NCBI GenBank assembly: GCA_963837955.1
Contig: CAWIPH010000002.1
Location: 1,920,001 to 1,984,000 of the forward strand
Direction of reading: 5' to 3'
DNA: 64,000 nt
Origin: an uncultured Verrucomicrobiae bacterium
GTDB taxonomy: Bacteria; Verrucomicrobiota; Verrucomicrobiia; Chthoniobacterales; JAFAMB01
Below the pieces are notes generated by a model. That model was given only the letters and a program-made list of their open reading frames with translations. It searched no databases and was not told the DNA's origin. Below, one piece after another: positions 40,575-50,834 of this stretch (positions within the stretch are counted from its first letter, which is position 1; each line of letters opens with the position of its first letter). The position numbers were made by a program, and so were the translations under genes.

Positions 40575-41861
40575 CTATTTCTTAATCAGTTCCGCTTTCT
40601 CGGCTGGCTTAGCAGTCTTCGCTGACACTCCATTGAAGACTTTGGTCAACTCAACATCTCCCTTCGGCCTCGGACGCGGTCCAAAATTGAAGCTGATGTT
40701 CTTCCACAGATCACCCGGCTTGCTCTGCTTACCGAGCGCGGCTGTGGGCTCATAGCCGCAATGCGTCATGCAGTTCTCACAGCGTGGATCTTTGGCCACC
40801 CCGTCCACCACTCCGTAGTTATCCCAATTTACCTTTTCCAGAAGCTCCGGATAGGAAGAATAATGGCCCTGACCATCAGTCAAGAAGTAGCAGGGCGCTT
40901 TCCAGCCCATCACGTTCCGGGTGGGAATCGCCCACGCCGAGCAGGTAAGATCACGCGCGCCAGTCAGAAAATCCCAATAAACCGGCGTACCAAGTAGTGG
41001 ATATTTTTTGCCCCAAGACTTTGCCTTAGAGAATTTTTCGATGGTACTGCGGCGAGTTAAGAAAAATGCCGCCGGATCAATACCGAGGCGATCCGCCATA
41101 TCTTTCTTCGCGGCGTCGTAGTCATAGCCTGGAGTAATCGTATGCCCATCGACGCCGAGCGTGGCAAGGAAAGCGAGCATGGTTTCGATTTCGCCCATTT
41201 CAGTCTCGCGATAAACCGTCGTATTGGTGGCGACCTGGAAACCAAGCACTTTTGCCATCCGGATCGCGAGAATGCACTCTTGGAAGACGCCTTCCCGCTC
41301 GACGATGATGTCATGCACTTTTTCCAGGCCGTCCAGGTGGACATTCCAATACATCCATCTAGATGGCGAAATGACCGATTTTTTTGGATCTTTCGGACCT
41401 TTCTTAACCTGTTCGGCTTCAGCCGGGGTCATGAGCCGCTGGTCAAGCAACTGTTGGATGAGAAGCTCGGTCTCGCTGGGGCGCTGAGAAAATTCGACAG
41501 CGAGATAGTCGCGCATTTTGCGCCTCATGAACATCGCGTTGGTGCAAATGTAGACGATCCGCTTTTGCTCGTGGAGTCCGTTTACCAGCGCTTCAATATG
41601 TGGGTAAATCAGCGGTTCACCTCCGCAGATCGAGACCATCGGCGCGTCACACTCTGTCGCTGCCGATAAGCAGTCTTCCAGAGGCATCACGTTCTTCAAA
41701 GAGGTCGAATACTCACGAATGCGTCCGCAGCCGGTGCAGGTCAAATTGCAGGTGTGTAAAGGTTCAAGTTGGAGCACGGTGGCGAACTTTCTTGTGCCCC
41801 GCAGTTTGTGCCGAATGATGTGCCCGGCGACCTTAAGAGTGAGAGCCAATGGAAACCGCAT
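40575..41861 (-). CDS. hpnH: Hopanoid biosynthesis radical SAM protein (adenosylhopane synthase)
   Basis: LEPLHTCNLTCTGC, GGEP, DPRCENCMTHCGYEPTA; adjacent to shc. Confidence 0.9.
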   Translation of the reverse strand: MRFPLALTLKVAGHIIRHKLRGTRKFATVLQLEPLHTCNLTCTGCGRIREYSTSLKNVMPLEDCLSAATECDAPMVSICGGEPLIYPHIEALVNGLHEQKRIVYICTNAMFMRRKMRDYLAVEFSQRPSETELLIQQLLDQRLMTPAEAEQVKKGPKDPKKSVISPSRWMYWNVHLDGLEKVHDIIVEREGVFQECILAIRMAKVLGFQVATNTTVYRETEMGEIETMLAFLATLGVDGHTITPGYDYDAAKKDMADRLGIDPAAFFLTRRSTIEKFSKAKSWGKKYPLLGTPVYWDFLTGARDLTCSAWAIPTRNVMGWKAPCYFLTDGQGHYSSYPELLEKVNWDNYGVVDGVAKDPRCENCMTHCGYEPTAALGKQSKPGDLWKNISFNFGPRPRPKGDVELTKVFNGVSAKTAKPAEKAELIKK

Positions 41862-42276
41862 AGTAGTTAAAGCGCGGCATAGTAACAGTGACCTCCTCAC
41901 TTTCAAGGGCTAGCGCGCTCAACAAACGGAAGGAGGAAAGTCTCAAAAGCTCCATTTTCCCACTTTAGATCGCGGTCAGATCGGTCGCAAATTGGCTCAC
42001 AGAACGGATCGTTTTCTATTTATAAAAGTTGAAGTAAAGGAGGCTTTTTCCGTTGTTCACGCAATCCGTATTTCAGACGTATCATACTCTAGTACAGCGA
42101 GTTACGATATAATCAATCGCTTTAGGAACGGTGCCGGATTCGATGCGGGTTAGGTGAAAGCTGAGCCGAGTAAGTTAAAGAATATTAAATTAGTAGACAT
42201 TAGCCGATCCTGGCGATAGATTGGCCGAGTTACCCAGGTCAAAAATTTCAAAGCTGTCATCTCAAGCAGAAAGGTT

Positions 42277-42978
42277 TTGCCGATGTTTTCGCTCCAAGCT
42301 TTTGCAACCACCGTCGCCCTCAATCCGTCAATAACCCTCTTGTCCGAATCCAAAAACATTTTACCGCTGCCAAGCTCAAGGTGGAGCGAACAAAATGTTC
42401 CCGGATTTGTCTTCATCGGAATGCGACAGGAACGAGTCCCCGTTCGTTTGGTGATTTTCGCCGAGGGTGAGGAAGAAGCGGGAAGCTTGGCCTTGCTGAA
42501 GCTATTACTGGACTTGGACCTGGCGCCGCTCCTGGCCCATGACTATGCCTTATTTTGCTATTTGGGCTTGCCGCGACTGGCTGAACTCCATCCTGAATTG
42601 ACGCGCTGGAACTTGCGCCGGGGCACGCGGGCTTTGCCGGAAGAACTACTGGACGCAGATGGCTTCATTGCAATTAGGGCCAATGATTCGGTTGGTGGTC
42701 TGCAGGTTGAGGCTTCGGATCGAACGATCGCTAACGAAGTAGCCTGGCCGGCTGTGGAACGGGCTCGCCGAATCCAGCCGTTAGATGCCGAACCGGTCCG
42801 GTGCGTCCATTCCGATGCTTGGTTTGGTTCTGAAGATCTGCCGCCCAATGCGTTCAAGTTAAAGATCCGAACACCGTGGATGGCAGAAGCCGAGGATCAG
42901 ATTGCCGCCATCGGCATCGCATTGAAAGAGATCCTCTTTCAATATCGCTCTCTCAGAAACTTCGCCAAGACGCTGTAG
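42277..42978 (+). CDS. Hypothetical protein, possibly a degenerate M14/AstE-like fold
   Basis: 233-aa ORF; the pattern RLVIFAEGEEEAGSLALL...YALFCY resembles an M14 carboxypeptidase segment without the HxxE His. Confidence 0.5.
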   Translation: MPMFSLQAFATTVALNPSITLLSESKNILPLPSSRWSEQNVPGFVFIGMRQERVPVRLVIFAEGEEEAGSLALLKLLLDLDLAPLLAHDYALFCYLGLPRLAELHPELTRWNLRRGTRALPEELLDADGFIAIRANDSVGGLQVEASDRTIANEVAWPAVERARRIQPLDAEPVRCVHSDAWFGSEDLPPNAFKLKIRTPWMAEAEDQIAAIGIALKEILFQYRSLRNFAKTL

Positions 42979-42988
42979 CTTAAGGTGC

Positions 42989-43101
42989 GTAGCCTGATCC
43001 TCCTGGCTCAGGAATCCGGGGCGCTATTGGTCTGATAGCTCTCGATTTGGGGCTCTTTCACCCTCGCAGGCGCGTTCCCTGAGGCTTGAGCATCAGGCTA
43101 C
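42989..43101. repeat. GTAG-type REP doublet, family C
   Basis: GTAGCCTGATCCTCCTGGCTCAGGAA ... TTCCCTGAGGCTTGAGCATCAGGCTAC. Confidence 0.82.
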
Positions 43102-43256
43102 GCTAAGAACCCTGCGCTGTATTAGGAAATCTAATAGTTGCACAAACCGAGATTTTGCGTTTATTTGCAACCCGCCAAGAACTAGGCGTCGAATAAGTAA
43201 GCAAGCTGAGCGTCCAATGAGTGACGTAATCAGGCTGCAGGGAGGAATAACAGAGT

Positions 43257-43382
43257 ATGAAGACAAAAACGCTATCGGACTATCCGTTATTGATCGGCGA
43301 ACTGATCAAACGTTCCGAAATACGTCGCCAGAAGAAAGAGCGCTGGAAGAATTTCTGGCACAGCGTTCGGTTGGTGAAATAG
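43257..43382 (+). CDS. Small basic 41-aa protein (below the ORF-track cutoff)
   Basis: GGAGGA at 43241, ATG at 43257, MKTKTLSDYPLLIGELIKRSEIRRQKKERWKNFWHSVRLVK*, followed by a terminator. Confidence 0.55.
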   Translation: MKTKTLSDYPLLIGELIKRSEIRRQKKERWKNFWHSVRLVK

Positions 43383-43441
43383 CGCTGATCTCAGTACTAC
43401 CACCAGCGGCTTCTAAAGCGCGGTGGCACTTTAAATTGAAA

Positions 43442-43473
43442 AACCGGGCCCAAGGGGCCCGGTTCTTTTTTTT
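43442..43473 (+). terminator. Intrinsic terminator (possibly bidirectional)
   Basis: AACCGGGCCC-AAG-GGGCCCGGTT hairpin followed by C and a T8 tract, with an A-tract in front. Confidence 0.85.
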
Positions 43474-43596
43474 GTGCGAAGGGCGTGTGACCGCCTAGTA
43501 AACGCCAATGATGGGAGGGGTTTATTGCTCGCGACGCCAAGGAAAAGTCCAGGGCAAATGGAGGAATCCAGGCGAGGGATCGGGTCTGTTATGGTA

Positions 43597-44799
43597 TCAG
43601 GGGTCCTTCCCGGGAGACGAAAGCACCTTCTCTCCGAGGCTCGGGTTGCGGAAAATTCGGTTTAATAGACTCGTGAGGGCCGCGACTTCGTCCTGGGAGT
43701 GATTCGCGGAGAGCGTCAAGCGGAGTCGCGCAGAACCTTTGCTTACACTCGGGAAACGAATCGCCGGGACAAAAAATCCGTCCGCTTGAAGTTGATTCGC
43801 GATCTCCAAAGAGGTGTTCTCATCTCCGACAATCAGTGGGACGATTGGGCCCGGGAGCGAATCGGACGATAACTGAAGATCCCGCCGAACCCTTTCTATA
43901 TTGCCGTGGAGCAGGCCGCGAAGCAATTCGCCTTCCGCTGAATGAGCGATAGCCAGAGCTGCGGCCGCGGCCGCGGCTGTAGCCGGAGGAGGCGCGGTAG
44001 AAAAAATAAAGCTACGGGCTCGGTTGATCAGGAGGTCGATTAGATCACGCGTGCCAGCGATAAAGCCGCCGCTGCTTCCCAATGCTTTGCTTAAAGTACC
44101 CATCTGAACTTCAACGCGGTGACTAAGTCCTAAATGAGCGGCCAACCCTTTCCCTTCTGGTCCGATCACACCGGTGGCGTGAGCTTCGTCGAGAAAAAGA
44201 TTCGCTCCATACACATCTTTGAGTTCAACCAGTTCGCTCAAAGGTGAGTAGTCTCCATCCATACTGAATAGCGATTCCGTGACGATCCAAATCTTTGCGT
44301 TTGGACGACGGTCGCGCGCCCACCGCAGGATTTCTCTGAGCTTTGTTAAATCATTGTGGGGAATAACTCGCAGTTGAGCTCCCGACAGTCGGGCTCCGTC
44401 GATCAGACAGGCGTGCGCCAATTTGTCGAGAATGATAACGTCCTCCTTATTGGCAATGGCCGTGATTGCGCCGATGGCGGCCGCGTATCCGCTGCTAAAA
44501 GAAATTGCGGCCTCAGCACTTTTGAACGAAGCGAGCTGTTCTTCCAAAATCGTATGGGGTTTTAGCGTTCCGGTCACCAGACGCGAAGCAGCGGCGCCAA
44601 AACCAAATTTTTGGATTGCTTGGATCGCCGCCTCACGCACGGCAGCGTGTTGGGAGAGTCCCAAATAATCGTTGGAAGCAAAGTTAACCAGGCTCCTGTT
44701 TTGCGATTCCATTCGCGTACCGTCGACCATGTCGACCGTTCGGAGAGAGCGGCGAAGCGAGCTATCTTCGAGCTGCTGGAGTATCGTTTTGTACGACAT
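43597..44799 (-). CDS. bioF: 8-amino-7-oxononanoate synthase
   Basis: FASNDYLGL, HACLIDG, TESLFSMDGD, DEAHA, GTLSKA, RSFIFSTA, AIRFPSV. Confidence 0.93.
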   Translation of the reverse strand: MSYKTILQQLEDSSLRRSLRTVDMVDGTRMESQNRSLVNFASNDYLGLSQHAAVREAAIQAIQKFGFGAAASRLVTGTLKPHTILEEQLASFKSAEAAISFSSGYAAAIGAITAIANKEDVIILDKLAHACLIDGARLSGAQLRVIPHNDLTKLREILRWARDRRPNAKIWIVTESLFSMDGDYSPLSELVELKDVYGANLFLDEAHATGVIGPEGKGLAAHLGLSHRVEVQMGTLSKALGSSGGFIAGTRDLIDLLINRARSFIFSTAPPPATAAAAAAALAIAHSAEGELLRGLLHGNIERVRRDLQLSSDSLPGPIVPLIVGDENTSLEIANQLQADGFFVPAIRFPSVSKGSARLRLTLSANHSQDEVAALTSLLNRIFRNPSLGEKVLSSPGKDP

Positions 44800-44807
44800 T
44801 AGGACGC

Positions 44808-45476
44808 CTATTTCTTTTGCGGCGAAGGCTTCAGGAGTTTCTCCAGATCGGAATCAGTGGCAGCGCCAAGCGCCAAGGCCCGATAATAGTGTCTGCGGGC
44901 TAGCTCGAGCGCTGGAGGAGTTCGCTCGGTATAGATGATGGCGAGATTGAATTGCGCTTCCGCGTAATCCGGATCCAATTCGACAGCCTTGCGCAGCTCA
45001 TCTTCAGCTGCATCCAGCCAGCCGCGCTTTCGCATTAAGACACCAAGGTACATGTGCGCGTGCGCGTTCTTGGAGTCGAGATACACTGCCTGGCTGAGCG
45101 CGGCCATGGCGGCTTCGGGTTCGTCCTTGTTGTAGGTGACGATACCGAGCGTCAGCCAGGTCTGCGCAACTTCGGGGTCGAGGTGAACTGCTTGCCGGAG
45201 GCTTCGTTCGGCTTCGTCTAATTTACCGAGGCGATATTCAACCGAGCCGAGGTTGATCCAACCCATCGGGTGGTTCGGAACCATCTCGGTGACTTTCTGA
45301 AATGTTTTCTCCGCCTCATCGAATTTGCCGTCCCGAAATTCGGAAAGACCTTGCTCAATTGCGTTGTGCGCCTCTGGTGTGAGCATCGGCAGGGAGCTGG
45401 TATCTTCAGCTCGGAGAGAAATCGCCAGCAAAAACGTGGCACCCAATGCGAAAGCAGCGGATCGACGCCTAGCCAT
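44808..45476 (-). CDS. Exported tetratricopeptide repeat protein
   Basis: Signal-like N-terminus followed by about 4-5 TPR motifs; start inferred. Confidence 0.85.
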   Translation of the reverse strand: MARRRSAAFALGATFLLAISLRAEDTSSLPMLTPEAHNAIEQGLSEFRDGKFDEAEKTFQKVTEMVPNHPMGWINLGSVEYRLGKLDEAERSLRQAVHLDPEVAQTWLTLGIVTYNKDEPEAAMAALSQAVYLDSKNAHAHMYLGVLMRKRGWLDAAEDELRKAVELDPDYAEAQFNLAIIYTERTPPALELARRHYYRALALGAATDSDLEKLLKPSPQKK

Positions 45477-45582
45477 GTCCTTTGCGGGCGCTTGAGTTCG
45501 GCCTAAAGAGTTCTGCATAGCAACGTCGATCAATCTTCCGCGCTCTGCCGGACGCGGCAACTCTACTGGGCGGATTAATCAA

Positions 45583-46383
45583 CTAACCGCGGCCGAGTTG
45601 TTGCGCACGCTCAGAGGCCGCCCGAACCGCAGACATCACGGTGTAGCGAAAGCCCCTGGCCTCAAGTGTCTCCAAGGCGGCCATGGTCGTACCCCCCGGG
45701 CTTGCAACCATTTCCCGTAGCTCCGCAGGGTGACGATTTGTTTGGCGAATCATTTGCGCTGAGCCAAACACAGTTTGGACAGCAAGCTCCAAAGCGATCT
45801 CTCGCGGCAAGCCCATCATAACGCCGCCATCCGCCAAGGCTTCTATAAAAGTAAAGACATAAGCGGGCCCGCTACCGCTAAGTCCGGTTACCGCATCAAG
45901 GGCTGCTTCGCGCACCCGGTGAACAATTCCGACGGACGAGAAAATCTTTTCCGCAATTTCCGCATCCTGCGGGGTAGCGTGATCTCCGACCGCGTACGCC
46001 GTCGCTCCCTGTCCAATCAACGAGGGGGTATTTGGCATGGCACGGACTAGCCGAGTTCGATGGCCAGCTGCATCTTGCAAATGGTCAAGGTCTATTCCCG
46101 CCGCCACTGAGATCAACAATTTGCCATCGAGCGACTGCCGCACCTCTCGCAGAAGTTGTAGGGAGTCGGTCGGCTTGGTTCCCAGGATAATGACGTCAGA
46201 TCGTTCTACGGCGTTCAGCGCATTCGGTGCGAGTTGAATGCCCAGCTTGGTAATCTCTTCATGCAACGCGTCGGGATGGCGATTGATCACCAAGATTTCC
46301 TCCGGTTTGCACGTGCCTGCTTTCAGCATGCCCTCGACGAGGGCGGATGCCATCTTCCCAAAGCCTAAGAATCCGAATATCAT
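45583..46383 (-). CDS. proC: Pyrroline-5-carboxylate reductase
   Basis: GFGKMA, ISVAAG, RAMPNTP, GLSGSGPAY, SPGGTT. Confidence 0.97.
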   Translation of the reverse strand: MIFGFLGFGKMASALVEGMLKAGTCKPEEILVINRHPDALHEEITKLGIQLAPNALNAVERSDVIILGTKPTDSLQLLREVRQSLDGKLLISVAAGIDLDHLQDAAGHRTRLVRAMPNTPSLIGQGATAYAVGDHATPQDAEIAEKIFSSVGIVHRVREAALDAVTGLSGSGPAYVFTFIEALADGGVMMGLPREIALELAVQTVFGSAQMIRQTNRHPAELREMVASPGGTTMAALETLEARGFRYTVMSAVRAASERAQQLGRG

Positions 46384-46716
46384 GTGAGCGCTCGAAGTGA
46401 ACTAACCGGTGCGCAGGTCAGATGCAAGCCGTCCGGCGTCCAATCTAACGGATGGATACGATGTCGAATTGGTAGGGAGCAAGCCTAATCCGGCATCTCT
46501 GTTAACTAAGCGCTCGCGATTGGGATCGTACTTGGCCGTCAAGAGATGAAGAAAAGATGAAGAAATTGATCCCGGAGGGATACATTGAAAGTAGCCCAGC
46601 ACTTTAGTGCTGGGTAAAGTTTAAGAAAACGTGTCCGTCCCGCGAGGGACGATCGACCCCACTTGCGCTAGTAAAGTCATTGGAGGCCAATAACTGAACG
46701 TTTCGATCGTCCCTTC

Positions 46717-48188
46717 GGGGCTTGTCGGACTTTTCAATTGGGTAGCAGATCTGGTAAAAAGGTGGATGCCAGAGCGATATGTAGTCATTGATCGGCAGAC
46801 GCCGATGTTGTTGCCGGTCGATTTGCGAGATTGGGTGGCAAAGGATGATTTGGCGCGCTTGATAGCGGAGGCGGTCGATCAATGCGATCTACGGCTAGCT
46901 TGTACCAATGAGCGGGGTAGCGGTAGTGCGCAGTATCCGCCTGGAATGATGTTGGGCTTACTGATTTACGCTTATGCGCGAGGAGTATTTTCTTCCCGGC
47001 GCATCGAACAACTCAGTTACGAAAGCCTTTCGGTGCGTTACTTGTGTGGCAACACCCATCCGGATCACGATACCATCGCGAAGTTTCGGCGAGAGAACGG
47101 AGCGTTATTTCGAGAGTGTTTCCGTAGCGTGTTATTGTTGGCGCGGGAATTAGGATTGGTTCGAGTGGGCAAGCTAGCAGTGGATGGAACGCGACTGGAA
47201 GCCAACGCCAATCGCCATCGCTTCAGCACGCGGGAGCAATTAGAGCAAGAAAGGGCTCGAGTCGAAGAGCTCATTAGCGAGCTGATCCAACGAGGGGAAG
47301 CGGCTGATCAAGCTGAAGAGGGCGAAGCAGAGACTGAAGGCTTGCCAGCGGAGTTAGCCGATGGGCAAAAGCGCCGTAAGGCCATCAAAGAAGCTCTAGA
47401 GCGCATCAAGCAACGAGAAGCCCAGCAGCAAGCCGAAAAAGAGCAATTAGCCCAGAGCGGTCGTCAGAGCCAGGCCAAGGAGGTACGGATGAATTTGACC
47501 GATCCAGACTGTGGGATCTTACACCGTAAAGGGGCAGGTACAGTCATTGGCTATAACGCCCAAATTGGAGTCGATATCCAAGGTGCAGGCCTGATTGTGA
47601 CTAATGCCGTCAGTGCCAAAGGGGGCGACGCGGAGTTATTGAACCAAGTCCTTGAGCAGCTCGCTCCCGAGTTAGGAGCAGTAAAGGAAGTGGTCGTCGA
47701 TTGTGGCTATGAGAGCGGACCCAAAGCCTATGAGCTGGAAAAGAGCCTTGGCACCAAAGTCTATTATCCTCCCCGTCCGATCCAAGTCAGTGCTAGTGGA
47801 CCAAAACATCGCAACAGCCATAGGCAACGCTTGGCGCGACACATGCGTTATTTAATCAAAAAACGCATCGAGTCCCCCCACGGACAGTGGTTGCAACGTC
47901 GGCGCCAAACGGTAGCTGAGGGTGCTTTTGGTTTTATCAAACGCGCGTTGGGCTTTCAGCGCTTCAGTCTACGCGGCTTGCAAAAAGTTCAGACCGAATG
48001 GCAACTAGTCTGCTTGGCCTTTAACCTGCGCAAACTGGCCTAAAGAAAACAAAAAGGCTCTGCACCTACCCGCAGCTCCCTTCGCGGAAAATTACGGCTT
48101 ACCTCAAAGCTGATCGCAATCCTCCCCTTTACCGTCTCCCTTCCGCCAAAAAAAAGCGGAAAAAACATCACGAAGTCCGACGGCCCCC
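46717..48188 (+). mobile_element. IS1182-family insertion sequence
   Basis: Imperfect IRs GGGGCTTGTCGGACTT / AAGTCCGACGGCCCCC (13/16). The duplicated target reads as TTC, or as CCCTTCGGG if the ends are drawn 3 nt further in. Confidence 0.85.
46766..48043 (+). CDS. IS1182 family transposase
   Basis: YPPGMMLGLLIYAY, SSRRIE, PDHDTIAKFR, DGTRLEANA, TDPD, GYNAQ, DCGY, EGAFGFIK, RFSLRG. Confidence 0.93.
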   Translation: MPERYVVIDRQTPMLLPVDLRDWVAKDDLARLIAEAVDQCDLRLACTNERGSGSAQYPPGMMLGLLIYAYARGVFSSRRIEQLSYESLSVRYLCGNTHPDHDTIAKFRRENGALFRECFRSVLLLARELGLVRVGKLAVDGTRLEANANRHRFSTREQLEQERARVEELISELIQRGEAADQAEEGEAETEGLPAELADGQKRRKAIKEALERIKQREAQQQAEKEQLAQSGRQSQAKEVRMNLTDPDCGILHRKGAGTVIGYNAQIGVDIQGAGLIVTNAVSAKGGDAELLNQVLEQLAPELGAVKEVVVDCGYESGPKAYELEKSLGTKVYYPPRPIQVSASGPKHRNSHRQRLARHMRYLIKKRIESPHGQWLQRRRQTVAEGAFGFIKRALGFQRFSLRGLQKVQTEWQLVCLAFNLRKLA

Positions 48189-48609
48189 TTCGGGACGGGG
48201 CCGTCTTTGGTTCAATTCCCAGCAATAAATTGCTGGGCTACTTTCATTGTATCCCTCCGGGATCAGTTGTTTCATCCCTTAGCGTAACTGTGGGAGTAGA
48301 TAGCGACTCTTAGGTTGACGCCCCGGATGTATAACGGATTGGCTTGCGTCGTTTGCAGCAATATCTTATGGCATCCTTTTGTCGTGTTATGCCGCGCTGC
48401 AGAAGTGGCTACAGCCAGTTCAAACCGGTGCGAACTCTGAGGAGGCGAAACAGTAAATCCTCCTCGTGCTTCGGCCCAAAATAGATTAGGAATCTAATAT
48501 GGATCACGTAGCGGTTTCTGGAAAAACTGAAACCTTTCGTGAGGCGGAGGTGTTCTCCTCCCGTGGTCAGCTCGCATCCCCGCAAAGGTAACCGATCCCT
48601 CCCTGCGAC

Positions 48610-49953
48610 ATGAAAGCTTTGGAAGAGACGACGGATATGCACAAACAGGTTTCATCTCCCCCGAAAGTGATGGTCCGACCTAAGCGCCGCAAGTGGAGGC
48701 GCTGGGTTTTACTCGCCTTAGTCGTCCTGGCAATCGCTTCGATCGTTGTTCAATCCATCCAGGGCCCCGCTCCGATCGCGATTACGACCGATAAGGCAGC
48801 GTTACGAGATATCATTCAAACAGTGTCCGCTACTGGCAAGATCCGCCCCGAGGCCGAGGTAAAGATTTCGACTGAGGTTGCCGGCGAGATTATTGACCTA
48901 CCGGTAGTTGATGGACAGAACATTAAGCACGGCGATGTCCTGGTGAAGATCAAGCCGGATAACTACATTGCCAGCGTCCAACAATCGGAAGCATCGCTCA
49001 GCGCAGCCGAGGCTGATTGTCTGCAGCGAAAGTCGCAGATGCTCAATGATGAGCTCGATCTCCACCGGGCCCAGGATATTTACCAAAAGAAACTGCTGTC
49101 AGAAACTGACTTCAAGGCTGCGCAAACCAAGAGCGAAGTCTCCGCTGCCTCCTATCAGTCGGCTGTCCATCGGGTCGATCAGGCGCGGAGCGCCCTTGAT
49201 CAAGCCAAAGTGTTATTAGCCAAATGTGTGATCTACTCTCCGATCGACGGGACGGTTAGCGTGTTGAACAGTGAGCTAGGCGAGCGCGTCGTGGAAACTG
49301 GGAGTTTTGCTGGTACCGAAGTTATGCGGGTAGCAAACCTTGATGCGCTGGAGGCCCGGGTAGACGTGAACGAAAATGACGTTGTTAACGTCAAGCCCGG
49401 TGATCGAGTCCGGGTGCGCATCGATGCCTACCCTGGACACGAGTTTCACGGTGAGGTGAAACGGATCGCGAGTACCGCGACCGTCCAGAATCAGGGCACG
49501 CAACAAGAGGTCACAAACTTTGAGGTACGTGTACAGATCTTGCAACCGGATCGAAAGATTCGGCCAGGAATGAGTGCGAGCGTTGAGATCGAAACACAGA
49601 CTGTGCACAATGTGATCTCGATCCCGATTCAATCGGTGACGGTTCGCAGCAAGGATAGTGGGAAAACTGCGGAACAACTGAAGAATGATCGACTGAAGGA
49701 TCAAGGTGGGGTCTCGACGACCGATGCGGAGCGACTCAACCGGAAACGACTAGGGAGAGTCGTATTTATCAAGCAGGGGGATCAGGCTAAGCTGGTTCCG
49801 GTTGAATCGGGAATCGCCGACGATAACTATATCGAGATCCAATCCGGAATAAAACCTGGCGATGAGGTGGTCGCAGGATCGTACACTGCGATCAGCCGTG
49901 ATCTGAAAGACGGTTCCAAGGTAAAAATCGAACCGCCCAAGGATGTTAAGTAA
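48610..49953 (+). CDS. Efflux periplasmic adaptor subunit (MacA-like)
   Basis: N-terminal [10 protein letters not shown], coiled-coil hairpin, IYSPIDG, RPGMSA. Confidence 0.9.
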   Translation: MKALEETTDMHKQVSSPPKVMVRPKRRKWRRWVLLALVVLAIASIVVQSIQGPAPIAITTDKAALRDIIQTVSATGKIRPEAEVKISTEVAGEIIDLPVVDGQNIKHGDVLVKIKPDNYIASVQQSEASLSAAEADCLQRKSQMLNDELDLHRAQDIYQKKLLSETDFKAAQTKSEVSAASYQSAVHRVDQARSALDQAKVLLAKCVIYSPIDGTVSVLNSELGERVVETGSFAGTEVMRVANLDALEARVDVNENDVVNVKPGDRVRVRIDAYPGHEFHGEVKRIASTATVQNQGTQQEVTNFEVRVQILQPDRKIRPGMSASVEIETQTVHNVISIPIQSVTVRSKDSGKTAEQLKNDRLKDQGGVSTTDAERLNRKRLGRVVFIKQGDQAKLVPVESGIADDNYIEIQSGIKPGDEVVAGSYTAISRDLKDGSKVKIEPPKDVK

Positions 49954-50680
49954 TCTTTATCCCGGATCTGAGGAAGAATTGATGCGACCGAAGGGTAAGG
50001 TGGTCATCGAGATCACCGGCATTACCAAAGATTACCAGATGGGCCACACGCTGATTCAAGCGTTGCGCGGCGTAGACTTGCAGATCCACCGCAATGAGTA
50101 CTTAGCGATCATGGGTCCGTCGGGTAGCGGCAAATCGACGTTGATGAACATGGTCGGCTGTCTCGATACTCCGACTTCCGGCCATTACTTTTTCAATAGC
50201 AAGGATGTTGCGGCCATGGAGGATGATGAATTGGCCGAGATTCGAAATCGTGAAATCGGCTTTGTATTTCAGACCTTCAATCTGCTTCCACGCTCAACCA
50301 GTTTGCAGAACGTTGAACTCCCGCTGATTTACGCTGGTCTAGGCTCCGAGGAGCGCCTCCATCGAGCCGAAAATGCGCTCGAATCGGTTGGGTTGGCTGA
50401 TCGCATGTACCATAAACCCAGTGAGTTGTCGGGCGGACAGAGACAACGAGTCGCGATAGCGCGGGCTCTGGTGAACAATCCTTCCATTATCCTGGCCGAC
50501 GAACCGACCGGGAACTTGGATTCACGAACCGGCGAAGAGATCATGGCGCTCTTCGACACATTGTATGAATCCGGGAACACGATCGTTCTGGTGACACACG
50601 AAGAACAAATTGCTGACCACGCTCGTCGAATCGTTCGTTTGCGTGATGGATTGATCGAAAGTGATTTGGAGACGGGTTAA
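49943..50680 (+). CDS. ABC transporter ATP-binding protein (MacB/LolD-like)
   Basis: [38 protein letters not shown]. Confidence 0.95.
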   Translation: MLSNLYPGSEEELMRPKGKVVIEITGITKDYQMGHTLIQALRGVDLQIHRNEYLAIMGPSGSGKSTLMNMVGCLDTPTSGHYFFNSKDVAAMEDDELAEIRNREIGFVFQTFNLLPRSTSLQNVELPLIYAGLGSEERLHRAENALESVGLADRMYHKPSELSGGQRQRVAIARALVNNPSIILADEPTGNLDSRTGEEIMALFDTLYESGNTIVLVTHEEQIADHARRIVRLRDGLIESDLETG

Positions 50681-50810
50681 GGGGAGGAGAGAGGAGCTAG
50701 GATTTAGTATCTAGGAGTACTGAGGCCAAGCATTCCGTTTTTTCGCACGCACTAAATACAAAACTAAATACTGGATACTAGCTCCCTTCTCCTCGCTCCT
50801 GCTCCTGCCT
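50681..50810. repeat. Inverted degenerate heptamer arms with no enclosed gene
   Basis: GAGGAGAGAGGAGCTAGGATTTAGTATCTAG ... ACTAAATACTGGATACTAGCTCCCTTCTCCTC. Confidence 0.6.
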
Positions 50811-50834
50811 GTCCAAAGGATTGCTCCAATAATC

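Larger units (their letters stand above)
46568..48264. repeat. Palindromic REPIN-like element, family B, split by IS1182
   Basis: ATCCCGGAGGGAT...AAAGTAGCCCAGCA...GTCCCGCGAGGGACGATCG left arm and the inverse right arm; homologous (inverted) to 59286-59505. Confidence 0.88.

Noticed and set aside
43217..43498. 93-aa ORF
   Set aside because: It runs through a strong terminator and lacks an RBS; the nested 41-aa ORF fits the signals better.
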